Below, in pieces: positions 1-11,027 of a DNA stretch of 64,000 nucleotides. The position numbers were made by a program, and so were the translations under genes. The notes beneath the pieces were generated by a model, which saw only the letters and a list, made by a program, of their open reading frames with translations, did no database searches and was not told the origin of the DNA. Source of the stretch: Octopus vulgaris (taxonomy: Eukaryota); NCBI GenBank assembly GCA_951406725.2, contig OX597823.1, positions 25,668,001-25,732,000 on the forward strand, read 5' to 3'. Every line of letters begins with the position of its first letter. Position 1 is the stretch's first letter.

Positions 1-2669
1 AGCTGCGGGAAGTTGCGCCTCACAAACGGCGCCCACACCTGTTCACCGTCGTCGATGAATTTCCAGAGATGTCGCAGTCTCAGCGCATGCCTGCGCATCA
101 TCAACCACGGCATGCCCAGTCCTCCATTCAACGGATGTTGACAGCAAATGGACTTCCTCACCATCGGAACGCCACCCTTCCACAGGAAGCGGAAGAGTAT
201 GCGTTCCAGTTTGGTGATGGTGGCGTCGGTACAAGGTACGACGGTCAGGCGGTAATCGATGACGGATGCGATGTACGCGTTCGCCACCTCCGCCCGGCCT
301 TTTAGAGACAGCTTTCTCTCGGCCCATGTTTGGCTGAGAGCGACCACTCTACTCGTGATCTCGTCCCAGTTCTTATCCATTTGGAGGTCCGGACTGAACC
401 AGACCCCGAGCAATTTAACCTGTCCGTCCGTCCAGCGTCCCACTACTGAGCCGCAGTCGGACGGCATGGGCTTGCTTCTCCAGGTGCCGAGTAGCAAACC
501 CACTGACTTTTCCGGGTTAATCTTTGCTCCCGTCACCGTTTCGTATTTTCTTAGTGTCTCGCCGACCAGCTCGATGTGCTCGTAGCTCGACACTATGACG
601 GTGACATCGTCCGCATATGCCGACACGCTCGTCCCGCAACCCAGTTCCCGTGGGATGCCCCTCAGTGTCGCCAGCTTCCGCAGTAGCGGCTCGAGAGTCA
701 ATACATACAGAAGCGCCGACAGGGGACACCCCTGACGGACAGAACGCGTGATGTCAAACGGTTTAGACAGGTGACCGTTCACCCGAATCACCGATCGGAT
801 GCCGCTATACAAGGCAGCGATCCAACCGCGGAAGACGGGACCGAAGCCAGCCGCCCTGAGGACGGCCGCCAAGTACCGATGGTCGACCCTATCGAAGGCT
901 TTAGACTGATCCAAATTTATCAGCGCCCCACCCATGCCAGGATGATTAACTACCCTGTCCACAATTTAGCGCATCAGATGGAGGTTGTCATGTATGGTTC
1001 TGCCCGGCACGGCGCATGTTTGCGCCCTGTCGACCAGTTTACCAATGACAAGCGCCAATCTCTCGGCTATTACTTTGGCCAAAATTTTCAAATCTGCGTT
1101 GAGCAGAGTGATGGGCCTGAAATTATCTATAAAATTCCCCTTGTTTGAGTCTTTCTTCAGCAACGTCACTGCACCTCGGCTCACGAAACCGGGGATTCTC
1201 CCGTTTTGTTGCCAGTTGCAGTAGACTGATGCCAAGAGGTCGCCAAACAAGTCTGGCATTCGACAATACAGCTCGTAGGGTAAACCATCCAATCCAGGCG
1301 ACTTATCCCTCGGGCAGCCCGCCATCGCATCCCACACGTCAGCGGCTGTGATGGGACTTTCACAACACTCCGCTTCTCTTGCCGAGAGCTGCGGCAGGTC
1401 GGTCAGGTAGGCACTGAAATCCATCCCTCGTTCCGACCCACCACTCGCACCAAACAGTCGAGCAAAGTGCTGTTGAAAGGCCTCACACATCCTTTCGGGT
1501 TCGAGTAAACTGCATCCCTGTTGATCTATTAGAGACCGAATGGTTGATCTGTTGCCACGCTGCGCCTCCGCTACCCGGGCCTCTCGCGCAGCTTCAATCC
1601 CTTCGTTCCTTAAGGCACGCATTTTAGCTCTGACGACGCAACCTTCGTGCTTGGCGTTGAGGTGTTGGTCGAGGGCCATCCTCGCAGCCAGCACGTTGGT
1701 TGCGCTGCCAGTGGTAAGTGCCTCTTCTAGTTTCTTAACTAAGTCTCCCTCTACTCTATTTCGTTCTATCGCTAATTCCTTGCTAAACCTAATTGATTCC
1801 GATTTTATTGCCATTTTCAGGGCGTACCACCAGCGGTTGTTAACGACCGCTCCCGTCAGCGCCCTCTTAATTAACTCGCTAATCCGGTTCCTGTAAACCT
1901 GTCGCGCTAACAGCGACGTGTTCAGTTTCCAGTAACCGGGACCCTGCCTATGTGTTTTATCTAAGTCGAGCGTACACGTAACAAATTTGTGATCTGTGTA
2001 GCTGACTATTTTAAATTGTGGACATCCTACACTATCCCTATCCGCTGTCCTGCATAGAATTCTATCTAGATAAGATCTCGACGATCCGACGCGGTTTGTC
2101 CAAGTCCACGTTGGCACGTTCGGATGGTCGAGTCGGAACCTGTCAGACAAATGGAAACGTCTGAGCAGGTCTTTGAGGCTCTTACACCCCCTTCTATTCC
2201 TATCCCTTCCCACATAATCTAGATGCGTGTCCAAGGTAGCGTTCCAATCCCCTACTAACAGTAAAGGTCTAGACGTACCCAGGAAAACCTCTAGACGTCT
2301 GAAGAAATCCGCCCGACCCGTTAAGGACGGTGCATAAACTGCCATCAGACGGAATGCACACCCATTTCTGCCATCCACGTCCAAGACAACCAGCCTACCC
2401 TCCGGGTCTAGGAATATTGCTCTTACTTTTACATTTAGACTCTTTCGAAAAAGCACTGCAGTACCTCCACCACCCATGTTCGGCAGACAGGGAGAAAAAT
2501 AAATGTCAAATTGATTGCCAAACATGGACTCGAGGGCCCGCGGCTTACTGAGTCTGGTTTCGCTGATAGCTACTATATCCACGTCCAGTGACTTGATGTC
2601 GTTTAGAAGGTAACCTTGCTTCCAAGCCGACGCCAAGCCACGCGCATTCACACAACCTAATTTAAGCAT
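1..2669 (-). pseudogene. Copy A ORF2: apurinic-like endonuclease plus reverse transcriptase, with one in-frame stop at 966-968
   Basis: NARGL, SETRL, GDWNA and YTDH endonuclease motifs; SPGLDGLP, FRPITLLN, LDQSKAFD, RQGCPLS and YADD RT motifs. TAC in copy E is TAA here, and the frame continues past it. Confidence 0.9.
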
Positions 2670-2735
2670 ACTTTACATTTACGAAAATTGTGTTTTACAC
2701 ACTATATTAGAAGAGACAAGAGGCAAGAAGTGAGG

Positions 2736-4508
2736 TCACTTACTCATTTTAAAAGTTTCATTTTTTTCTTCTTCTTCTTTTGTATCGTTTTTGATGAGGT
2801 GTTTGTATAGTTTTTTCGACAGGTATCGTTGATACCCGCCTACCGCATTCGGAAACAATGTTTTCAGTATGTGGTGTTGTGCTTGTGTTATGTGTAAAAT
2901 TCTGATGTGTTTCGGTGGTGTGGTGTGCGGATGATTGTTTGTCTTAAAGTCATCTTCACAGACGACCATGTTAGATTTGATGTAGTCCATTAATTCTTTA
3001 TTGTCTGTGTCTATTGCAGTTAGTTGTGTGTGTGGTTTTACGGGTTCATTACTTTTTTGATTGTCTAGGGGAATGTTGTCCTGAGTTAGATATCTCCCTG
3101 CTTTAATTCCTTGTTTGGTGGATTTTTTGGATCTTTTTCTTTTACCCCCTGTGGATATTTGCCATTCCGTCGAACTTTCCTCGTCCGACGTATCAGTATG
3201 GGGTAGAGGCAAAACATTTGCATTACTATGTATGCTTGTATAAATTGTTGATGTTTTGTGCGGTGTTTGTGTTGTTGTGGTTTTAGGGGTAGCATTTGTC
3301 TTCTCGTCAGTGTTTTCTGTCTTTTTAATTGTCCTCCTGGGTGTGGGCGTGGGTCTATTTTTTGTTAATTCAACAGGTTTAATTGGTTGTGAAGTCAACG
3401 GTGATTGTGTTGGTACTGTTTTTCTTGGTGATGTTGTTGGGGTTTGTTTGCTGGTTTGTTGTTTTTCTTGGCGTTGTTCCATAATTGAGTGTGTTGGTGT
3501 TGGTGTTGGCAACAAAGGGATTTTATTTGTTTTCTGAATTGTTCTTTCTTGTTTTTTCTGTACCAGATCGCACTTGGCAATCAAATGTTCGGGGCTGCCA
3601 CATTTGTAGCATCTAGGCTTTTTGCCTTCTGCCATAACATATAGGCATTGCCCATTCTCCAAGTATATCTTGTCGGGTAGGCTCTCGATAGAGGCCCCCT
3701 CAATCTGGATGGTCACTACTACTGTTTTTCCACCCCAATTGTCGTTTAGGTACACGGCTGTTTCTAGAATATTGATCTTTTTCAAGTGGTAACAGATTGC
3801 CCCTGTTATCCATTTGTTCGGCATATCGGGGGGTACATTTCTGATAGTAATTCTACTCACCCTCTGGTTTTTATAATAAGGGACCATGATGATTTCATCA
3901 TTTCCCAGAGACTCAGTAGAGTGAGCTTTTGCCACTTCCTGGTTAGGGAAGCGGACCACTACTGTGTTAAACTGGGGACCCCAGTTTATATACTCTTTTT
4001 CTTTCATTATGTTTTTTAAACATTTCTCCACATCAGTTTTTGTAATCTGTTCATTTGGTTTTTTGTTTTTTCTAATAATTTTATATACAATTGTCTTATT
4101 TTCTATTTCTTGTTTTATATGTTGAGGTGTATGCAGGACTAAATCTTGTCCACGGGTTGTAAAGAGAGCTCTTGTTTCTATGAGCTCTTCATTTGTGAAT
4201 GTAACAATCTCCTTTTTCTGGCGAAGAATATCTGCGAAATTTACTGTTGTTGACTTTTTTGTATTGGCATCTTCACTATTAGATAGTTCATTTTTATTGT
4301 TGTTCTTGTTGTTGCTGTTGTTTTTGTCAATAGTTTTCGTTTCAGTTTTATTTTTATCATTTATGTTGGTCGTGGTAGTGGTGGTGGTGGTGGTGGAGGT
4401 GGTGGTGGTAGCAGTTGTTGTCTCGTGGTTGCTGTTGTTAGTGGTGGTGGTGGTGGTGGTGGTGGCGGTGGTGACAGGGCTGTTAACGCACGTGGTTGCA
4501 GCGTTCAT
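2736..4508 (-). CDS. Copy A ORF1 (590 aa): nucleic-acid-binding protein with CCHC zinc knuckle and T/N-rich low-complexity N-terminus
   Basis: Uninterrupted ORF; CYKCGSPEHLIAKC = C-x2-C-x4-H-x4-C; lies directly upstream of ORF2. Confidence 0.88.
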   Translation of the reverse strand: MNAATTCVNSPVTTATTTTTTTTNNSNHETTTATTTTSTTTTTTTTTNINDKNKTETKTIDKNNSNNKNNNKNELSNSEDANTKKSTTVNFADILRQKKEIVTFTNEELIETRALFTTRGQDLVLHTPQHIKQEIENKTIVYKIIRKNKKPNEQITKTDVEKCLKNIMKEKEYINWGPQFNTVVVRFPNQEVAKAHSTESLGNDEIIMVPYYKNQRVSRITIRNVPPDMPNKWITGAICYHLKKINILETAVYLNDNWGGKTVVVTIQIEGASIESLPDKIYLENGQCLYVMAEGKKPRCYKCGSPEHLIAKCDLVQKKQERTIQKTNKIPLLPTPTPTHSIMEQRQEKQQTSKQTPTTSPRKTVPTQSPLTSQPIKPVELTKNRPTPTPRRTIKKTENTDEKTNATPKTTTTQTPHKTSTIYTSIHSNANVLPLPHTDTSDEESSTEWQISTGGKRKRSKKSTKQGIKAGRYLTQDNIPLDNQKSNEPVKPHTQLTAIDTDNKELMDYIKSNMVVCEDDFKTNNHPHTTPPKHIRILHITQAQHHILKTLFPNAVGGYQRYLSKKLYKHLIKNDTKEEEEKNETFKMSK

Positions 4509-4832
4509 CTCACCGAATTTTACGTTGGCATTTTCCGTGCGAACGTTCTTTTTTTCTCTGTCGTTTCCAGACTAGGAAATGTTGTTCCATAAAAGAACGC
4601 GACCAGCGTTCAACAATAAAATTTCTAGACATTTTCTAATGTCGAGAAGAAAATAATAGAAATGAAATGGGGTCGAAACTGCCCCTAGGGGCGAATTCCT
4701 CCCTTGGAAAAGCACTCAAATGAAAGTTGGTTGCCTTACACACCTTATTTGCAAAAATCTACACAAAAATTGGCCTATAAATAGTCGAAATAAATGATTA
4801 CCTTCGGAGCTGAAACGACATCACATCCGTCA

Positions 4833-4895
<63 letters not shown>
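4833..4895. repeat. (GATA)n tract between copies A and B
   Basis: Perfect tetranucleotide run. Confidence 0.98.
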
Positions 4896-4896
<1 letters not shown>

Positions 4897-5209
4897 CTTT
4901 CTTTTATTAGCCACACAGGGCTGAATACAGAGGGGACAAATACAAATGCAGAGCTTTTCTTTTCGAGGGTGGAAAAAAATAAAAAATGTAAGATTGTGAT
5001 CAAAAGGGATCGAGAGGAGGAAAAAAAAAAAAAAAAAAAAGGAAAAAAAGAAAATCGTGTATCACAGAAATAATGGTGTAAACATTGATATAACAAGATT
5101 GGGTTCATCCGTGGGAAGAAAAGCCTACAGAAAAGACCACGGGAACCCCAGTCAGGGAGGAAATAAACACATGAGGTCAAAAATGCTCTCTTTCTTTCTT
5201 TTTTACGAT

Positions 5210-8200
5210 CTACAGGATCATGCTCAAAATGGTTTCGTTACTAGCACGCACCATCTTTGCAACATTCACCCATCTTTTTTTGAATCTTTCGCGAGACAAA
5301 ACTTCCCTCTCCATTCTCACCTTCCTTTTCAAGTGATACTTGAAAAAGTTGATGAGCGATTGGCCAGAGAGGTAAGCGTTTGTCTCTAATCCTTTCGCTC
5401 GAGTCCACCACACACATTCTTTCACCATGGCCACCAGTACGATGAAAACTGCCTTGCCTTCCCGGTTGAGGGAAGGGGGCGGAGCAATTCTCACGATAGA
5501 CTCGGCCGATAGGCGGATTCGTCCCACACGTGACAGCAGCCGTTCGGCATAAGCCCACAGGTCGGAAATGGTTGGACATTGCACGAGTGCGTGCAGAACG
5601 GTTTCGTCGCTCTGACCGCATCTCGGGCAAGTCGGTCCAGTGTGTCTGGAACCGTGTCTGTAGAGCTTATCCCGAACAGGTAATGCTTCTCGATAGCACT
5701 GCCAGGCCAGGGATCTTTGGTGATTGTTCATAGGTCCCGGCCCGAAAGTTGTCCTGAACAGGCGGGTCAGGTGTTCCTCGTCGACGCCCAGACTCTGCCC
5801 GAGTTCGTCGTCGCACCTCCCCTCCACTAATCCTCTATAGAATGCCTTTGTTGTGATGGAGTCGCACAAGTTCGATCCCGGACGGCAGAGTTGCTTGAGA
5901 GCAACGCGACACTCGCGGTGCCATTCGCCTAGCCTCGGTCTCTGCTTGATCCATGACTGTAGTTCGTCCAAGGAGACGAGCTGCGGGAAAGCGCGCCGCA
6001 CAAAAGGCGACCACCGTTGTCTATGAAGCGCCGGAGATGTCGCAGTCTCAGCGCATGTCTGCGCATCATCAAACACGGCATGCCCAGCCCTCCATTTAGC
6101 GGGTGTTGGCAGCAAATGGATCGCCTAACCATCGGAACGTTTCCCTTCCACAAGAAGCGGAAGAGTATGCGTTCCAGTTTGGTGATGGTAGGGTCGGGAC
6201 AAGGCACGACGGTCAGACGATACTCGATGACGGATGCGATGTACGCGTTCGCCACCTCCGCCCGACCTTTTAGGGATAGCTTTCTCTCAGTCCATTTCTG
6301 GGTGAGAGTAGCCACCCTAGTCGTTATCTCGCCCCAGTTCTTCTCCATTTGGAGGTCCGGACCGAACCAGACCCCGAGCAATTTAACCGGTCCGTCCGTC
6401 CAGCGTCCCACGATGGAGACGCTGTTGGACGGCATGGGCTTGCTTCTCCAGGTGCCGAGCCGCAAGCCCACTGACTTTTCCCGGTTAATTTTTGCTCCCG
6501 TTACCGCTTCGTATTCTTTCAGTGTCTCGCCGACCAGCTCGATGTGCTCGTAGCTCGACACTATGACGGTGACGTCATCCGCGTATGCAGACACGCTCCT
6601 CCCGCATCCCAGCTCTCGTGGGATGCCCCTCAGCGTCGCCAGTTTCCGCAGTAGTGGCTCAAGAGTCAGTACATACAGCAGCGATGAGAGGGCGCATCCC
6701 TGACGAACCGAACGCATGATGTTAAAAGGTCTGGATAGATGACCATTTACGCGAACTACTGAGCGGATGCCGCTGTATAAGGCAGCGATCCAACCGCGGA
6801 AAACTGGACCGAAACCAGCCGCTTTGAGGACAGCCTCCAAGTAGTGATGGTCTACCCAATCGAAGGCTTTTGATTGATCCAAATTGATCAGCGCCCCACC
6901 CATGTCAGGATTTTTAACTACCTTGTCTATGATGTAGCGCATCAGATGGAGGTTGTCATGAATACTTCTACCCGGCACGGCGCATGTTTGCGCCTTGTCG
7001 ATTAGTTTCTTGATGACAAGCGCCAACCTCTCGGCTAACACCTTGGCCAAAATTTTCAAATCTGCGTTGAGCAGAGTGATGGGCCTGAAATTATCTATGA
7101 CGTCCCCCTTGTTTGGGTCTTTCTTGATCAGTGCCACTGCTCCTCGCTTTACAAAAGCAGGAATACTCCCGTTCTGCTGCCAGTTGCAGTAGACAGCTGC
7201 CAAGACGCCTCCAAACAAGTCTGGCATATGAAAATAAAATTCGTAGGGCAGACCATCCAAGCCTGGTGACTTGTCTCTCGCGCAGCCTACCATCGCATCC
7301 TGTACATCCGCAGCTGTGATAGGCTTTTCACAAGACTCCACCTCCCTTGCTGAGAGTCGTGGCAAGGCATGCAGGTAGGCACTAAAGTCCACTCTGCTTT
7401 CTGACTCACCACTTGTCCCAAACAGTTGGGTGAAGTGTTGTTGAAAAACCCCACACATCCTTTTAGGCTCGAGCAATTCGCGCCCCTGTTCATCTATAAG
7501 AGACTTGATGGTGGCTCTGTTGCCTCGTTGCGTCTCCACCACTCGGGCCTCTTGGGCGGCTCCAACTCCTTCGTTCCTCAGAGCACGCATCCTAGCTCTG
7601 ACAACGCATCCCTCGTGTTTGGCGTTGAGGTGTTGGTCGAGGGCCAATCTCGCCGCCAGTACGTTGGACGCGATGCCAGTTCTAAGTGCCTCTTCTAAAA
7701 CCTTAACTAATTCTCCCTCTATTCTATTTCGGTCTAATGCTAGGGCTCTACTGTATCTGACTGATTCTGCTTTAATCGCTTTTTTAGGGCATACCACCAT
7801 CTGTTGTTGATGATGGTACCCGTCAAAGCTCTCTTAACTAATGTGCTGATCCGGTCCCTGTAAACCTGTCGTGCTGTAAAAGACGCGTTCAGTTTCCAGT
7901 AACCAGGACCCTGCCTATGTGTCTTATCTAAGTCAAGTGTACAAGTCACAAACTTGTGATCTGTGTAACTGACTATATGAAATTGTGGACAACCTACACT
8001 ATTTTTATCTATTGTCCTACAGAATACTCTATCTAAGTATTATCTGGACGACCCGATGCGGTTACTCCATGTCCACATTGGCACATTCGGGTGGTCCAGT
8101 CGGTACCTGTCAGACAGTTGGAAACGTCTGAGCAGGTCTTTGAGGCATTTGCATCCCCTTCTATTGCTATCTCTGCCCACGTAGTCTAGATGCGTGTCCA

Positions 8201-8636
8201 GGGTGGCATTCCAATCCCCCACTAAAAGTAAAGGACGAGACGTTCCCATGAAAGACTCTAGACGTCGAAAGAAATCTGGTCGGCCTGTTAAGGACGGAGC
8301 ATAAACTGCTATCAGTCGAAAAGCACACTCATTGCTGCCATCGACATCCAAAACGACCAGCCTACCCTCCGGGTCTAGGAAATTTGCTCTTACTTTGAGA
8401 TCCAGACTCTTCCGGATAAGCACCGCGGTGCCACCTCCGCTCATTCTCGGTAGACACGGAGAAAAATAAATGTTGAAATGTGTACCGAAAATGTGCTGGA
8501 GTGCCCGCAAGCTGTGGAGTCTGGTCTCACTGATGGCTATGATATTCAGATTTAGTGACTTGATGTCATTTAACAGGTAGCCTTGTTTCCAAGGCGACCC
8601 CAAGCCACGTACATTTATACTACCTATTCTGAGCAT
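5210..8636 (-). pseudogene. Copy B ORF2 (APE endonuclease, RT, C-terminal zinc finger); stop at 8040 and frameshifts near 7790 and 6015
   Basis: ORF pieces 8040-8654, 7740-7949, 5929-7800 and 5210-6115; YADD; CPRC...H...C motif; 10-nt deletion relative to copy D near 6015. Confidence 0.9.
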
Positions 8637-8678
8637 GTTCCGATAAAAGTGCAAAAAAGGAAAAGGAGAGAGAAAAGG

Positions 8679-10795
8679 TTACTTGTTTTTCGAAAGTTCT
8701 TTGTCTTTCACCTCACGGTCTTCTTCTATGAGGCTTTTATACAGTTTTTTCGATGAGTACTTTTGAAATCTCCCTACTGCATCAGGGTAAAGAGATTTCA
8801 GGGTGCTGTATGTGTTCTGTGTCACGTGTATTATTTTAATGTGTTGTGGTGGTGTTGTGTGTGGGTGGTTACTTGTTTTTATGTCGTTTTCAGTAATGTT
8901 AGTGTTTGACCTAATGTGTTCCATTAGGTCGTGGTTGTTTGTGTTTATGGCTGTCAACATTTTTGGGGGGTTTGATGATGGTGTGTTTGTGTTGATGTGT
9001 GTGTTTTCTGTGGATGTTTTTGTTTCGGGAGTGGTGTATCTTCCCGCTTTGTTTGTTATTTTTTCTTTTCTTTTTTTCCCCTTTTTCTTCTCCCCCTGTG
9101 GCTATTTGCCAATCTTCCGTGTCTTCTTCGTCTAATGACAGATCAGACGAATCGGAGTCTGGAAGAGGGAAAGTATTGGGGTCTATTGTCGACTGTGTTG
9201 GTGTTGGTTGGTGAGCGTTTGGTTGTGGTGTATGCGGTTTTGGATGTGGGGTTTGGGTATTTTGTGTTTGAGTGATTGTGGGTATTGTTGTGTTGTTTAG
9301 GGTCTCAATTTTGTGGGGATTTGGAGTTGTAATTGTTTCTTCATTTTTGCTGGGTGTCTTTTTGGCAGATGTCCTTGGTTTGGGAGTTGGTATATTCTTG
9401 GTTGTTGTTGTTGGTGATGCTGCTTCTGTTCTTGGTGCTGCAGTTGGTGTGGTTGTTTGTTTGGTGAGGTTTGTTCCTGCAAAAAGTGGTGTGGGTAGTA
9501 AACCTTGTTTATTTGTTTTTGTTTCCGGCTGCTGTTGTTGTTGCTGTTGTTTTCTTGCGGCAGATTTGCAGTCTTTTTTGAGGTGTTGCTCACTGCCGCA
9601 TATGTAGCAACGTGGTCTTCTGCCATCGACGACCACATATAACTTGTGGTCGTCTGATACACATATCTGGGTGGGTATTTTTTTTATATCTTCATGATGT
9701 ATATGTAGAAGAAATTCTATTTTTTTTTCCCACCCAGTTTTTATGCTCTGTGACTGTGGTTTCCAAAATAGTATAATTCGCCATTTTTACGCATAAGGCC
9801 TTTACAAGCCATAGACTATTGGCTATTTTGGGGACATTGTTTAGAGTGATCTTAGTCACTTTCTGTCCCCGATAGCTTGTTCATCTGAGTGAAGAGTTAG
9901 CGTTGAGAAATGTCTAGCTAACTCTTCGGTGTAGAAAACAACTTGTATGTGGGCAAATTTGTTCCACCAGGTTACATATTCTTTGTGATCCCAGATGGGT
10001 TTCAAGCACTTCTCTATTTTGCTTGTGTTGGCCTTCTCTGGGATTTTTGTTTTTTTTGTTAACTATTTTATAAATGATTGTTCGTCTTTTTTCATTTTCC
10101 AAAATGTCTTCTGGTATGTTTATTTTTACTATACCTTCTGATTCTGTTATTTTGATGTTCGTGTCCTGTATTTGTTGAGCCGTAAAGTATATTGTTGTTT
10201 TTTTTTCTTTAATCGCCTCAGCGAAATTTGTTGTTGTTTTGTTATTGTTGTTGTTGGCTGCAGTTTGTAAAATTGGTGTGTTTGGTTCGATCGTGCAAGT
10301 AGGAAGGGGTGGAAAATTGCCTGCGTACTTTAGTCCTGCACTAGGGCAAAATTCGACATTTCGTTTGCTTGTCGTCGTTATTTTTTCACTTGTTGGTGAT
10401 GGAGTGAGCAGTGGTTGAAGGGAATTGTTGTTGTCGTCGTTGTTGTTGTTGTTGTTGTTATTGTCGTTCTTGGTGACGGCGGTGGTGTTGGTAGTATTAG
10501 TAGCATTGACGGCACGGTCTTTGGTGGCGGTGATGGTGATGTTGGTGTTGTTATTGGTGGCGATATCTTTAGTAGGGATAGCAGTTTTAGTAGCAGATTC
10601 TGCCATGGTGTTGGTGGTGGTGGTGGACTCACTGATGGTGTTGACGGTGCTTGGCCTTGCGACCTTTGTTTTGTATTTGTTGCTGTTGATGGTGGTGGAG
10701 TTGTCAGGTTCGGCGTATGCTAACAGAGCATCCTGTTTTTCTGTTTCTGCGTCACGCTTGACTTGCAACTCAGCCTCGCGGTGGCCAGTGGCCAT
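8679..10795 (-). pseudogene. Copy B ORF1, frameshifted, with CCHC knuckle
   Basis: Pieces 9914-10825, 8911-9636 (CYICGSEQHLKKDC) and 8679-8960; C-terminus homologous to copy A ORF1 (NHPHTTPP, SKKLYK). Confidence 0.85.
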
Positions 10796-11012
10796 TTTGG
10801 AAATAAAATGGCTAAATGAAACCACGAAGGCTATGAGAATTTTTTCTTTTAAATTTTGCCCACAAGGGGCAAAATTTTGTGTCGATATTTATCAAAGGTT
10901 TACAGTGGATGTTGTTGCACAACTTTTAAGCACAAAATGTTTGTCAATATACACTTTTAAATAGTCAAAATAAATGATTACCTTCGGAGCTGAAACGACA
11001 TCACATCCGTCA

Positions 11013-11027
11013 ATAGAGAGATAGATA
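11013..11027. repeat. Short imperfect (GATA)n tract between copies B and C
   Basis: atagagagatagata. Confidence 0.85.

Larger units (their letters stand above)
1..4831 (-). mobile_element. Tx1-clade non-LTR retrotransposon copy A (5' end intact, 3' part runs off the window)
   Basis: ORF1 with CCHC knuckle followed by APE-RT ORF2; 5' end abuts (GATA)n at 4833; near-identical to copy E over ORF2. Confidence 0.92.
4896..11011 (-). mobile_element. Tx1-clade copy B, full length (~6.1 kb), second subfamily, disrupted
   Basis: 5' terminal motif shared with A, then ORF1, ORF2 and a 3' UTR with AATAAA at 4903-4908; both ends abut GATA repeats. Confidence 0.92.

Noticed and set aside
4802-4831. Spliced-leader RNA gene or 5' ribozyme at the element 5' end
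   Set aside because: It has a donor-like site, but the leader differs between A/B and E, there is no convincing SL fold, and no hammerhead or HDV core is recognisable.
4896-4953. tRNA-like (mascRNA-type) structure after the A-rich tract, as in MALAT1
   Set aside because: No cloverleaf or T-loop motif is visible; there is only a small hairpin and AATAAA.
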